64,000 bases of DNA, taken from Octopus vulgaris (taxonomy: Eukaryota). Positions within the stretch are counted from its first letter, which is position 1, and each line of letters starts with the position of its first letter. The position numbers and the translations under genes are program-made. The stretch lies in contig OX597826.1 in NCBI GenBank assembly GCA_951406725.2, positions 66,712,001-66,776,000 of the forward strand. The letters run 5' to 3'. The notes under the pieces are model-generated. The model did not search any database, was not told the DNA's origin, and worked only from the letters and a program-made list of their open reading frames with translations. Positions 14,191 through 28,170 of this stretch are shown here, in pieces.

Positions 14191-14381
14191 TGTAGGTCCC
14201 GGGTTGAGTCGGGGTTAACCACAGTAAATAAGGTACTCAATACATAGCAGAGTAAATTAATTTATTTTATAGAAGGAGCTTCTACAGGACTAGAATTGTT
14301 TCATTCAAATGAAATCTTCAGGAAGATTTCATTTGAATGAAACAGTTCTAGTCCTGTAGAAGCTTCTTCTATAAAATAAAT
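14191..14381. mobile_element. Inverted (fold-back) Penelope-like terminal remnant inside (TA)n
   Basis: 60-bp inverted arms 14260-14319 / 14322-14381; minus strand carries CTGAAGA-tttca(tt)tgaat-GAAA-c..GTC hammerhead-like core. Confidence 0.6.
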
Positions 14382-14384
14382 ATA

Positions 14385-14504
<120 letters not shown>

Positions 14505-15076
14505 TATATATATATGTATACATATACTGGGTGTAACGGGATTAATCCGGTGTACCGTGTGTCACCTCCCCATCTTACAAATAAGAAAATAATAGAAAAG
14601 GAAAATATAGTAGTAGTGAAAAATAGAAAGAGAACACGATATGCTTATAGAGTGAATAGTATAGGTTTGTGCGTTCATATTGCGTGTGCGCTAGGCCCTG
14701 TTGATTAAACTAATTTTACGAGTGACATTTTATTCCACGAGAGTGTATAAAATTGTGATAATCTTTTCTGTTATTGCCAGAGGAGCGAAGGATATGGGGT
14801 CATTAAAGAGTCATGATAGAAAACTTGCGGCCAGTGGCCATAGTGGTGATGGTAATGGTGATGGTGGTGGTGGTGGTGTTGGTGGTGATGGCGGAGGCTT
14901 CGAATAAAATAGGATGAAACGAAATGAAGTGTAATGGTATATATATATATATATATGTACACACACAAACACACACACACACACACACACATATACATAT
15001 ATATACATATACATATATATGCAAGCATATATATATATATTCATGTATATATGTATATATATATATATATGTATAC

Positions 15077-15114
<38 letters not shown>

Positions 15115-15176
15115 TTCTGTGTGTGTGTGTATATACATACATATATATATCACGGCCATATCTACAGTATTCAATA

Positions 15177-15220
<44 letters not shown>

Positions 15221-15743
15221 CTCCGTTTACAACGGATGGTAGTGTCCAAAAGAGAATATACTGGGCATTTCAAAATATTAGTTGTATAACTGATTAGCAT
15301 GGGGCTTAATAGCAAAAATAATATCGATGACGATGATGATGCTGATGATGATGCTGCTGCTGCTGCTGATGATGATGATGGTGATGGAGATGGTGATGAT
15401 GATGATGATGATGATGATGATATTGATAGTGGTGATGGTGGTCGTCGTTGTGACGTTGATTGGTGGTAATAACGTTTCAGTGAAAGAAACGAAAATATGA
15501 AACGGATAAAACAACATCGAAATACAAGTTGTGCCCTTCACCAAGGCGCTTCATTTTCCGTTGCTCCAGTCTGGTCGTCTGAAAACACGTACTAGCTTGG
15601 TGCTGGGGCAGGTTTTTCTCTCTCTCTCTTTCTCCAACTGTCACATCCTAGATGTTCTGCTGAGATAATGGGTGGTTGGGCAGGAAGCTATCAATAACAG
15701 TATCTCTTTACATACGCTCCTAAGACAACCACATCATGGTACA

Positions 15744-15903
15744 TGCTGCGGCGTGGTTGTGCGGTAAGAAGCTTGCTTCCCAACCACATGATTCCGGGTT
15801 CAGTCCCACTGAGGGACACCTTGGGAAAGTATCTTCCGCTATAGCCTCTGGCCGACCAAAGCTTTATTAGTGGATTTAGTAGACGAAAACTGAAAGAAGC
15901 CCG

Positions 15904-15981
<78 letters not shown>

Positions 15982-15986
15982 ATATA

Positions 15987-16022
<36 letters not shown>

Positions 16023-16237
16023 TGTATGCATGTATGTATGTATGTATATGGTTGTGGGTCTGTATTTGTTTTCATGTCATCGCTTGTCAATCGATGCTGG
16101 TGGGATTATGTCTCCATAACGTAGCGGTTCAGCAAAAGAGGCCGATAGAATAAGTCCTGGGGTCGATTTGTTCGACTAAATGCGGTGCTGCAGCATGGCT
16201 GTAGTCAAAGGACTGAAACAAGTAAAACAGCTAAAGA

Positions 16238-16239
<2 letters not shown>
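15744..16239 (+). mobile_element. SINE family C with expanded internal (TA)/(TACA)/(TATG) tract
   Basis: Head ...ccgggttcagtcccactg, body gaaaactgaaagaagcccgtc, 3' half gcggttcagcaaaagag...gactgaaacaagtaaaa. Confidence 0.9.
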
Positions 16240-16299
<60 letters not shown>

Positions 16300-16371
16300 T
16301 CACGCACACACACACACATACACACACACATATACATACATGCAAATAAGAGGAGAATCTTAATAGGAAAA

Positions 16372-16421
<50 letters not shown>

Positions 16422-16866
16422 CTGTTTATTTTCTCTTATTCCTTTCTGTTGAAAAGAATAGGAGCATAGGTTCGAAATGTAAAAGAAGACTTTCTCACCC
16501 TCCCGAGCGTCAAACTAATACACTTGTATGTTGTTCATTGGTAGCATAGTGTAAATACATACACACTTCTATCTATATATATAAATACTTACATAGACAC
16601 CAAATCCAGCGTAGATCCAGCGCAGGCTGGTTCCAATAGTGGTGTGCAACGCAAAGTGGGGTTTAAATCTCACAACAGGTGTTTTGACATCAATAGAATG
16701 CTGCCGAAACAGCTGTTGCGAGTTTTCAACACCACTGCTGACGTCTTTGACGTCTTTGATAAATATATATAATTTAGTTGTGTGTTTGTGCGTGTCTGTT
16801 GGTGTATCAATAATCATAAGGATTATTATGAAGTAGCATAGCATAACCTTGAATTGATTTATCTTT

Positions 16867-16960
<94 letters not shown>

Positions 16961-16961
<1 letters not shown>

Positions 16962-17591
16962 CGCCTCCTTCCTTCAAACGGGAAGGAAGAGCTATTTTTA
17001 TCATACTTGTGGCTATGGCGAAAGAATGTATCTGGTGGACGCGCCTGAAAGGATTAGAGACAAACACTTTCCTCTCTGGTCAATCTCTTATCAACTTCTT
17101 CAAGTATCACTTGAAGAGGAAAGTGAGAGTAGAGAGGCAAATTTTGTCTAGTGAATGTTTTAAAAAAAGATGGGTGAATGTAGCAAGGATGGCACGTATG
17201 AATGACGAAGCCACCTTGACTATGATTCTATGAACCATAAAAATTAATACAGAGAGTTGCTTATTTGCAAAAAAAAAAAGAAATATAACATGTGACTTCA
17301 TTGACCGAGGTTACCGTGGTCTTTTCCGTAGGCTTTTCTTTCCACGGGTAAACCTCACCTGTCCTCCCCTCTACACTTCATATTGACATTTCTGTGATAA
17401 CGATCCCTATTATTCATTTTTTGCTCCCCACCCCCTTTTTTAACCCCTCCCTTTTTTTGTCCTTTTTCTTTCCTTTTACGATCCCTTTTGATCGAAAACC
17501 ACCACTCTCTTTTTTTTTTTACCCCCAAAAGAAAAGCTCCACCTTGTAATTTGTTCTATCTGTGTGCAGCCCGGTGGCTAATAAAGAAACA
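16961..17591 (+). mobile_element. 5'-truncated Tx1/L1-like non-LTR retrotransposon 3' end embedded in (TATC)n
   Basis: Open frame 16961-17233 TPPSFKREGRAIFIILVAMAKECIWWTR...FKYHLKRKVRVERQILSSECFKKRW...* resembles the Tx1 ORF2 C-terminus (AK..IW..R ... F...W); T-rich 3'UTR, AATAAA at 17580-17585; (TATC)n on both sides. Confidence 0.7.
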
Positions 17592-17664
<73 letters not shown>

Positions 17665-18272
17665 GTCTGTCTGTCTGTCTATCTATATATCTATCTATCT
17701 ATCTATCTACATACAGCTTCAAATAGACCTACACGTGTTTCTTTTGCATAGAGGGGTGTATGCGTGTGCGTATGTGTGCGTATATATATATTTATATTCA
17801 CACACCTTTATTCATATATGTACAGTTATGTATATATGCATGTATGTGTAAATATATAAATATACACACACGCGCGCGCGTGAGTGTGTGTGTGTGTGTT
17901 TGTATCTATGTATATATAAAAGCACACACACAAGCTTGCCGACACGCAAAATTCTATTTTAGTAAATACTACATTCACTATATAGTATAGGGGAATGCGA
18001 ACATGAATATTCATTGGGCGCAAAAGGTAGGGATAAATAGGTGTGCGTGGGCAATACACGCACATATAAATTATATATGTGTGTGTGTGTGTATGTATAC
18101 ATGGATATATATGTATACATATATACATATATGTGTGTATACATCTATACATACATACATATATAAATATATACATAAATATATATACATACAAATACAT
18201 ACGTACACACACCTATCTTTATATATATACACATATATATATTTATATTTAAGTAGTATGTGTACTATATGC

Positions 18273-18325
<53 letters not shown>

Positions 18326-18469
18326 CGTGAGTAAAATTACTCCAGCAGGCATTGATTTCAAGGAATTGGGTTCACATTCCTGTCAATTATTGAAACGGCT
18401 GTTCCTTTGATTTTTTCAACTATTTTTCTCACCATCCCTATCGCCTCTACCGCACCGTACTGCCACTCT

Positions 18470-18640
18470 CCACCACTACCACCACCACCACAACTACCAC
18501 CACCACCACCACTACCACCACAACTACCACCACCACCACCACCACCATCACTCAAACACTATTTCCATCAACTATATCAGTAACCCGTCCTTCCCCCCCC
18601 AGTACCATCATGAACACTGCCACGGGCAACACCATAAATA

Positions 18641-18695
<55 letters not shown>

Positions 18696-18785
18696 TTACT
18701 GCTGCTGCTGCTGTTGCTGCTGCTGCTGTTGCAATAACACGAACAATAACATGAACAAGAACAAGAACATCTACTACTACTGCTG

Positions 18786-18836
<51 letters not shown>

Positions 18837-19400
18837 ATGTACCCCCGGCATAACTGTCACGGCAACCGCTACTATACACCTTCACGCACGCAGTTTTCCC
18901 CCATCGTCCCGCTATTACGATTTTTACCCACCAGGTAGTAGCACCATTCTACCCTACCCCACCCCATCAAAACCAATATCAATACCAACACTCCAAAACC
19001 ACCACCAACACCACACACATCATTACCGCCACCACCACCACCACCACCACCACCACCACCACTACCACCACCACCACCATAACAGTAACAACCACCAACA
19101 CCGTTATCATAACCGGTACACGACCAAACAACCACTCCTACAGAGAACAGAACCACCACCACTACCACCACCAAAATCAGACCGCCAGGGCATATCATTA
19201 CCACCAGTGCCACTACATACCACCACTACCACCACCACCACCACCACCAATACTACTACTACTACTACTACTACCTCCACCACAACCACCACACATATAC
19301 ATCTGCACATCACCATTTAACAATCAGTGCCACCACCATAATCACCACCAACAACACCATCACTACCACCGCCACCATCACCACCTACATCTACCATTAT
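18470..19400. repeat. Compound (CCA)/(TAC)/(TGC) trinucleotide block
   Basis: Directly visible. Confidence 0.9.
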
Positions 19401-19684
19401 ATTAATTAACAAATTGAAATTATCTTTTAATTTGTAAATATGATTGGAAGGCAATATTCAGAGAAATGTAGATTATTGTGAATCACTGATTGGTCTGTTG
19501 TGTAGGGCTGTTGTTGTAGTATGGAGTGGTGTTGCAATTGTTGTGACATATAGTTGTATAGTGCTGAGCCGTGTAGTACTCCACTAGTTGTACACACATA
19601 CAAACACACAATCACGCACATACATGTATGTATATATGTATGTCTGTCTATATGTATGTATGAGTCTATCTAACTATCCATCTA

Positions 19685-19817
<133 letters not shown>

Positions 19818-19818
19818 A

Positions 19819-19867
<49 letters not shown>

Positions 19868-19909
19868 AATATATATATGTTCCAGTGTGTATGAGCGTGT
19901 ATAGAAAAA

Positions 19910-20435
19910 ATATGTTGATCAATGAAATTCCAAACAAATCTGATTTTCATGTTTTATCATTTGCACTTTTTACAATTATACAATATTAAAATAAACTTTC
20001 ATGCATTGCACAGTCATCAGGTTTATGTAGTGTCAGTTGTGTTCTATAATTAACAATTGACAGTTGACAGTTGACAGTTGTCAAATGTGGAATGCAATTG
20101 TCACTACAGTTCTATATTTAAGAGATGAGGAACTATGTACGCTATTTTCATTATTTTCATTATTTACATTTGATAGATATTTGTTCTCATCTTGTTTATT
20201 GCTAACACAACGTTTCGGCTGATATACCCGCAGCCTTCATCAGGCTGATGAAAGCTGGAGGGAACAAATATCCGTCGAATGTAAATAATGTAAATAATGT
20301 ACAATTGTCACTATATAAACCTGATGATTGCACGAAACGCACGAAAGTACTAGCTTATCTCACTATTGTAAATTTGTTAAAGTTGCAAATAATAAAACGT
20401 AAAAATCAGACTTAGTTGAAATTTACTTGATTAAT
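19910..20435. mobile_element. Nested inverted Penelope-like pLTR remnants with four hammerhead-core motifs
   Basis: Outer diverged inverted pair 19910-20040 / 20302-20435; inner inverted element 20107-20301 flanked by the 12-bp duplication caattgtcacta (20095-20106, 20302-20313). CTGATGA cores at 20014-20020(-), 20237-20243(-), 20245-20251(+, truncated), 20321-20327(+). Confidence 0.7.
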
Positions 20436-20477
20436 ACACACACACACACATGCACACACACACACACACACAGAGTC

Positions 20478-20888
20478 TTTTTACTAAGGGTACAACATCA
20501 GAAATTTTAGGGGAGGGGCAAGTGAATTACATCGACCCCGGTGCTTAACTGGTACTTATTTTATTGACTCTGAAAAGAAGAAAACCAAAGTTGACCTCTG
20601 TGTAATTTGAACTCAGAACATGAACAAAGAAACGCTAAATGTTTTGTCCGGCATGCTAACGATTCCGCCAGTTTGATACGTATATATATATATATATTGG
20701 TTTCAAATTTTAGCATAAGGCCAGGAATTTAGGGCTGAGGGACTAAGTCGATTACATCGACCCCAGTGCTCAACAGGTACTTATTTTATCGACCCCAAAA
20801 GAATGAAAGACAAAATCGACCTCGGCGGAATTTGAAACCAGAACGTGAACACGGACGAATTACCGCTAAGCATTTTGTCCGGCATGCA
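20478..20888 (-). mobile_element. Two tandem SINE family A copies (20478-20675 and 20697-20888)
   Basis: Both contain actggtacttattttat(t/c)gac-like...gacctc..aatttgaa..cagaac. Confidence 0.85.
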
Positions 20889-21545
20889 TATCAAAACAGA
20901 AGATTGGAGAACTGTTTTGACATTATTTATTCACCATTACACGTGTTTCATTTTTAAATAGGAGTTACAAAGTCTACGTGTATAATAGACATGTAGGACA
21001 TCACCTCGAAACTTTTTGTCTTTTACCATCTGCATCCAAGCATTCCTTAATCGACTCACACGTTTTCTAATCACAAAATCATGTGATTGTGTATAGGAGT
21101 AGCACCCCATAGTGGAGCCTTACCTGAACTTTTCTCTTTCCATTTTCGGTTTTCGCACTAAACGCTTCACCCAGTCTTCTTTCCTCGAACTTCGATCGGC
21201 TCTGTTGTTATTCCTTTCCCTGCCACCAGGGCAGTTCAATTAAACGATAATTACTTATAAATACCAGTTACTCTGCCACGAAATTATATAGTTATCGAAA
21301 TCCATGTCATTGGCATCGAGTTGTAAGGAGCACCAAAAGTCGCTCCGAACCACGTCAGTGGATGGGCCTTGAATAAAGTTGCATAGACTAATAACCAGTC
21401 GAAAGTAACTGGGTGTAAATGCAATTGCTAGTTGTCTATGCAACAGAAACGTGCGTCGGGCAAATTTAAACCAAATATGTTGCATAATTGATTGTAGAAA
21501 TAAAAAAAATGTACTTTGGACAAATCTCCGCATTCAATGTAATTA

Positions 21546-21604
<59 letters not shown>

Positions 21605-21605
<1 letters not shown>

Positions 21606-21988
21606 ACACAAGCAAAACGTCCCCCATGGTGCTGAGTTGTCAAACATTTCTCAAATTTTCTCAAAACAACTTGTCCGACCATCCCATAAAAGGTGGGTTG
21701 TGGCATTATTTCAAGCCAGCCGGCATTTTTTGCGCAAACTGCACGTGCATTTTTCTCGCGTACGCGTAATATCGATCGTAACAGCTGATGTACTTGCGTG
21801 TACAAATGCACGTTCCCACGGCTTTATCGATCGCATTCTCACCTGGAATCGATTTTTGTAATTTTTTCAAGACCTATACACGCCCTGATACCGTCGGTAT
21901 CTACATATCAAATTTGAGCGCAATCGGATGGAGGATGCCCGAGATCCTAGAAGACACACACACAGAGACAGACAGAACGGTTTATATA

Positions 21989-21990
<2 letters not shown>
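21605..21990 (+). mobile_element. Non-autonomous Helitron/Helentron (DINE/Lep1-like) element inside (TA)n
   Basis: 3' part caaatttgagcgcaatcgg...acacacacagagacagacag...tttatatata has the architecture of DINE-1/Lep1-type elements; flanked by TA repeats. Confidence 0.5.
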
Positions 21991-22027
<37 letters not shown>

Positions 22028-22342
22028 TTGCTATCAGGATTAGTTTCACCATTCCATTTCATTTTACATTAGCAACAGTTTCAGCTTAACAATAATCATT
22101 TATTGGGTGCATAAAACCGTAACTCCATGCATGTATGATATTTTCAGTCAGAAATAGTTTTGCAACACTGTCGTATGTTTTAGACTTACTACACTTTTGA
22201 AAAAAGCTGAACTGTTGTACTACACTTTGACAATTTTTCATTCTCTTGGCATCCGAAGCAGCTGGAGATAGAATAGTTTAACCAAAAGAACCGGCTAATG
22301 CAAGCAAAATTAAATATTGAAAGCAGTTTAACATAATAGCAA

Positions 22343-22378
<36 letters not shown>

Positions 22379-23561
22379 TGGTGAAGGTTTTGATGGTGAT
22401 GGTGATGGTGTTGCTAGAAGCAGTGTCAATGCTTTTGGTAGTGTTGTTGTTGTTATTAGTGATGCCTGTGGTATTGTTGGCGGTCTCGGTGGTGGTTGCC
22501 ATGGTGGAATTCATGATAATGATAAGTGGTGTTATTGGTGCTTTGATGTAGTGTTGTTGATGATAGCTGTTACGGGGTTGATGATGGTGGCGGTGGCAAT
22601 GGTGGTGGTGGTGGTGGAGGTGCTGGTGGTGGTGGAGGTGGTGGTGGTGCTGCTGTTGATGGTGTAATGATTGTGCAGGTGTTAGATGTCGTTTTTATGC
22701 AATATTCAAATAAATAGGAGTGGATCTGTGTATCACTAGTTCAATACCCAACCCAGGGAGAAATCACGCACAATCATTATCACAACGCTATCACATACCA
22801 GCTTATTACCAGCACCACCACTAACACCACCACCACTAACACCACCACCACCATCCACACCACCGTCGCCCCTACTCTCAACGCCAGCACTCCCACAATA
22901 CCAACTATCAGCACCACCACCACCACCACCACCAGTATCAGCACCACCACCACCACCACTACCACCGCCATAAGCTACAACATGCAGTGCAACCAGAGCG
23001 TGAATTGAACCCACTGACACGAGATGGGTGAGGTGTTGCAGTTTGAAGGGTTTGGTGGGTGGGGTTAGAAGTGATTGAGTAAGAGAAAGAAAGAGAGAGA
23101 GAGAGAGAGGGGGAGAGAGAGGGGGAGAGAGATGGAAGGAGTAAGAAGAAAAGTGTGGGAAGGAGAGGGTGTGTGTTGGGGGGAATGACAGGTGGGTGGG
23201 ACTGACGGGTGGGGTGGCGGAGGGACAATCAAGTGGGGGGGGGGGGGGAGAAGAATTGATGGGTAGAGAAGATTTCAAGCGAAGGATGAAGCAAAAAAAA
23301 AAAAAGAAAAAAAATTGGAATGGAATTTTTAAAAGAGAGGAGCTAGGTAAAGGTAGGGGGTTGCTGATGTAATCAGTGAGGAAAGTGGGAGGAGATGTTC
23401 TGTGTGAAAGAAGGAGAGAGATAGATAGATAGATAGAAAGAGGGGGGGAGATGTTATGTAAGATCACTTGCTGGTACTTTATGTCATAGGGTGGAAGCAA
23501 TCCTTAAAGTTTAATTTTCCAACATACACTCAATGCCCGCGTTTTTTTCTACACACATGCA

Positions 23562-23749
23562 CGCCCTCACGCACGCGCGAACCCGCCCTCACGCACGCGC
23601 GAACCCGCCCTCACGCACGCGCGAACCCGCCCTCACGCACGCGCGAACCCGCCCTCACGCACGCGCGAACCCGCCCTCACGCACGCGCGAACCCGCCCTC
23701 ACGCACGCGCGAACCCGCCCTCACGCACGCGCGCGAACCCGCCCTCACG
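23562..23749. repeat. 22-bp CpG-rich minisatellite (acgcacgcgcgaacccgccctc), ~8.5 near-identical copies
   Basis: Directly visible; last unit has an extra GC. Confidence 0.97.
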
Positions 23750-23994
23750 TACAAAGACACACAAACAGAAAAACACACACACATACACACATTCGTTCAG
23801 AATCTTATATACACACAGAAAAAGTAAAAGATGTGCGTACATGCACACTGGTGCATGTGTGTATGTGTGTATGTGTGTATGTGCGTGTGTGCGTGTGTGA
23901 GCAATTGTTGATTTGAATCGCGGTGACAATGATGCATTGCTGTTACAGAAGCAAAAGGGAAGATCAACGACTTTCCGACAAGTATGTGTGTACT

Positions 23995-23995
<1 letters not shown>

Positions 23996-24037
<42 letters not shown>

Positions 24038-25015
24038 CCACATACACACACAAACACATAGAGACACACACAAACACATAGAGACACACACACACACACA
24101 CAAACACATAGAGACACGCACACACACAGACACACACAAGCACATAAAAACACACACACATAGAGACACACACACATAGAGACACACACACATAGAGACA
24201 CACACACATAGAGACACACACACATAGAGACACACACACATACATACACACACATACATATACACACATACACACATGTACATACATACATAGACAAATA
24301 CAGACACATTCACACACACACACACACACACACAGACCGCATAGACACACACACACAAACACATAGAGGCACACACACACACACAAACACATAGAGACAC
24401 GCACACACACAGACACACACAAACCACATAGACACACACACACACAAACACATAGAGACACACACACACAAACACATAGAGACACGCACATACACAGACA
24501 CACACAAGCACATAGAGACACACATACATAGACACACACACACATACATACACACACATACAGATACACACATACACACATGTACATACATACATACACA
24601 AATACAGACACATTCACACACATACATAGAGACACACACACATACAGACACATACCCACACATAAACATACACATGCTGACACACACACACACATAAGAC
24701 GGAATCACATACAGACACACTCACACATATGCAGACACACACATACAGACACTCACATACAGACACATACACACATAAGACATACACACATGTACACTCA
24801 CATACAGACACACAGACATGCATGCAGACACACACACACATACAGACACACACACGCATACAGACGCATACACGTAAACAGACACATACACGTAAACAGA
24901 CACACACATACAGACACACACAAGCACACTCACATACAGACATACAGACACACAGACACACATGCAGACTCACACACATACAGAGACGCACACACACACA
25001 CACATACACACACGT
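23996..25015. repeat. Hierarchical (CA)n-derived minisatellite (cacacacatagaga and cacatacaga units) with a ~300-bp higher-order duplication
   Basis: Block cacacatgtacatacatacata.acaaatacagacacattcacacaca recurs at ~24271 and ~24575. Confidence 0.85.
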
Positions 25016-25044
25016 GGATGTGTGGGTAAGTGTTTGTGTATGTG

Positions 25045-25350
25045 AACGCAGTGGCTCAGTGGTTATGACATTCGGTTCACAATCGTGAGTTTGTGATTTC
25101 GATTCTCAGCGGACTTTTTTGGCCTTGAGCAAGACACTTTATTATGCCTTTTCTCGAGTCCATTCAACTGGTAAAAATGAGTTGTACCTGTATTTCAAAG
25201 GGCCAGCTTTAGCACATTCTCTGTCATGCTGAATCTTTCTCAGAACTATGTTAGGGGTACGCGTGCCTGTGGAATGCTCAGTCACTTGCACGTTAATTTC
25301 ACGAGCAATATGTTCCGTAGATCGGATCAGTTGGTACTCACATCGTCATA
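25045..25350 (+). mobile_element. CORE-type SINE (tail Y)
   Basis: gtggctcagtggtt head, ccttgagcaagacacttt CORE-like block, 3' tail shared with the 10802 copy. Confidence 0.85.
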
Positions 25351-25365
25351 ACTACCAAACTAACT

Positions 25366-25695
25366 ATGGTGACCCCCTTCGGTCAGACACTGACCATGGG
25401 TTTGCACCTAGAGAGTTACCCTCTGAGGCACAAGTCTGGGCAAGGTTGTTTTATGGAAGACCAGCAGTCGCCCATGCATACTGGCCTCCCCTCTCCAAGT
25501 CACCGATGTTGTCCAAGGGAAAGGCAAGGGCCGATACAGCTTGGGACCCGTGACGTCGCAACTCATTTCTACAGCTGAGTGAACTGGAGCAACGTGAAAT
25601 AAAGTGTCTTGCTCAAGAACACAACACGCAACCAGGTCTGGGATTCGAGCTCACAACCTCACGATCGTAAGCTCGACGCTCTAACCACTGAGCCA

Positions 25696-25698
<3 letters not shown>
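25366..25698 (-). mobile_element. CORE-type SINE (tail Z), tail-to-tail with the previous copy
   Basis: Minus strand gtggctcagtggttagagc...gttcttgagcaagacactttatttcacgttgctccagttcactcagctg, then a distinct tail. Confidence 0.88.
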
Positions 25699-25726
<28 letters not shown>

Positions 25727-25739
25727 ACATACATATACC

Positions 25740-25786
<47 letters not shown>

Positions 25787-25813
25787 GTATATATATATAC
25801 ATATATATATGAC

Positions 25814-26005
25814 AGTTACTTGTTTCAGTTATTTGACTGCGGCCATGCTGGAGCACCGCCTTTAGTCGAGCAAATTGACCCCAGGATTTATTCTTTGTAA
25901 GTCTAGTACTTATTCTATTGGTCTCTTTTGCCGAACCGCTAAGTTACGGGGACGTAAACACCCCAGCATCTGTTGTCAAGCGATGTTGTGGGGACAAACA
26001 CACAA

Positions 26006-26036
<31 letters not shown>

Positions 26037-26180
26037 TATATATATACATATATACGACGGGATTCTTTCAGTTTCCGTCTACCAAATCCACTCACAAGAC
26101 ACTTGCCCAAGGTGCCACGCACTGGGACTGAACCCGGAACCATGTGGTTGGTAAGCATGCTACTTACCACACAGCCACTC
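25814..26180 (-). mobile_element. SINE family C
   Basis: Near full-length reverse complement of the 37421 copy with an internal deletion. Confidence 0.9.
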
Positions 26181-26529
26181 ATTTATATATATTCTTATAT
26201 TCTTTTATTCGTTTATTTGTTTCAGCCATTTGACATCATCGACAGCTGCCTCGACATTGTCGCCGTCCTATTATTCTCGATGTCACTGTTGCCGTCTCTC
26301 GTAGCGGTCTTTTCCGCGGTCCTCGTCTTTTCATCACGTACATTACCCATAATTCCTAAAATGAAAGTAGGTAACGCTGCCGCAGTCACTTGTGTTTTCA
26401 AAGAGTGATAGATGTAGTAATAGGTGTTGATCGCCTTTGCATTACTTGTTTCTAAAGAGAACGAATGCCAACGGAATCTTTCTTGATGAACCCCACCACG
26501 CCATCACATCACTGCACCGCCGTCACTAG

Positions 26530-27573
26530 TACTTCACCACCACCACCACCACCACCACCACTGCCGCCGCCATCACCACCATCACCACCACTACTGCTAC
26601 CACCGCCATCACCACAACCACCGCCATCACCACAACAACTACCACCACCACCACCACCACCACCACCACTATCACCACCACCACTACTGCTACCACCGCC
26701 ATCACCACAACCACCACAACCACTACTACTACCATCAGCAGCACCAGCAACATCAACAGCAGCAGCAGCAGCAACACCAGCTCCACTACCGCCGCCACCA
26801 CCACCACCACCACCACCACTACCATCACTATCATACACACACCATAAACATAACAACCCTCCTCAGCCCTTTCATAACCACCACCACTACCGCCGCTACC
26901 AGCACCAGCACCACAAGCACCACCACCAGCACCACCACCAACATCACCATCGTCATCAACGATGTCATCAACAAGAACAACACCACAAATATTCCACACG
27001 TCAACCAAGCCAATCAATATCTTCGTTAATTTCCCCGCCGCCTTTCCTCTACCCACCCGTCCCGCATCATCTGCCATCGCCTCCAACGCTTCCCACAGAC
27101 TTGGTATGACTGCCGGCAGCCGCGAATACCATCACCTTCACCACCACCACCACCACCACCACCACCACCACCACCACCGTCATGATCACCACAACCAACA
27201 ACAACAGCGTCAACAACAACCACCATCGCCACATCCACCATCATCACCTCGACCACCACCGCCACCACCAACGCAACCACAACCACCACCACCACCACCA
27301 TCATCACCACCACCACCACCACCATCACCACCACCACCACCACCACCACCACCACAACCACCACCACCATTACCACCGTCACAATCTCATCAACACCACA
27401 ACCAACAATAACAGCATCAACAACAACCACCATCATCATCATCACCACCACCACCATCACTACCATCACCACTACCACCGCAACCACTACCAGCACCACC
27501 AGCCCTAGCAGCAGCAGAACCAATAGCAGCAGCAGTAGCCCCAGCACCACCACCAACAACAACAATAACGTAA

Positions 27574-27621
<48 letters not shown>

Positions 27622-28170
27622 GCTGTTGCTGTCGCTACTGTGCTGTTGCTACCATTACCATCAACATTACCCTTACCACGACCACCACCACCACCACAAC
27701 CTCCACAACCAACAATAACAGAAACTGCAACTACGAATACCACTACTACAACAGCAACAACAACTACGACTACTACTATTACTACTACTACTACCACTAC
27801 TACCAATACTACTACTATTACTGCTGCTGCTGCCACCACTACCATCAACATTACCCTAACCACCGCAACTACCACAACCACCACCATCACCGCAACCACT
27901 GCAACCACCACCACCGCAACCACCACCACCGCAATCACCTCTACAACTACCGGTACGACCAATAACATTACCACCATGTCCCTCACCATTCTCCATCACA
28001 CCCACAACCATCACAACCGATAGGCACCACTATCACACCGGCCCCCTCCACCAGCAAACACAAGCCCGCTAACACAGCTACCATTACTGCCACCAACGGC
28101 AATACACCTTCGCCACCACCGCCGCCACCACCACCTACACTGCAACCTCACCACAACCACAACCACGAAC
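26530..28170. repeat. Long compound (CCA/CAT/CAA/CAG/TAC)n low-complexity block
   Basis: Directly visible; source of the poly-P/H/T/V/G ORFs. Confidence 0.92.

Noticed and set aside
21270-21400. Possible mariner transposase relic on the minus strand (PSTDVVRSDFW vs YSPDLAPSDY)
   Set aside because: Similarity too short and weak; no terminal repeats found.
23699-25088. Cys/Val-rich ORFs up to 304 aa
   Set aside because: (TG)n-derived minisatellite translation.
26465-28023. Pro/His/Thr-rich ORFs resembling extensins, mucins or transcription-factor tails
   Set aside because: Compound CCA-type microsatellite; no unique coding segment or splice structure.
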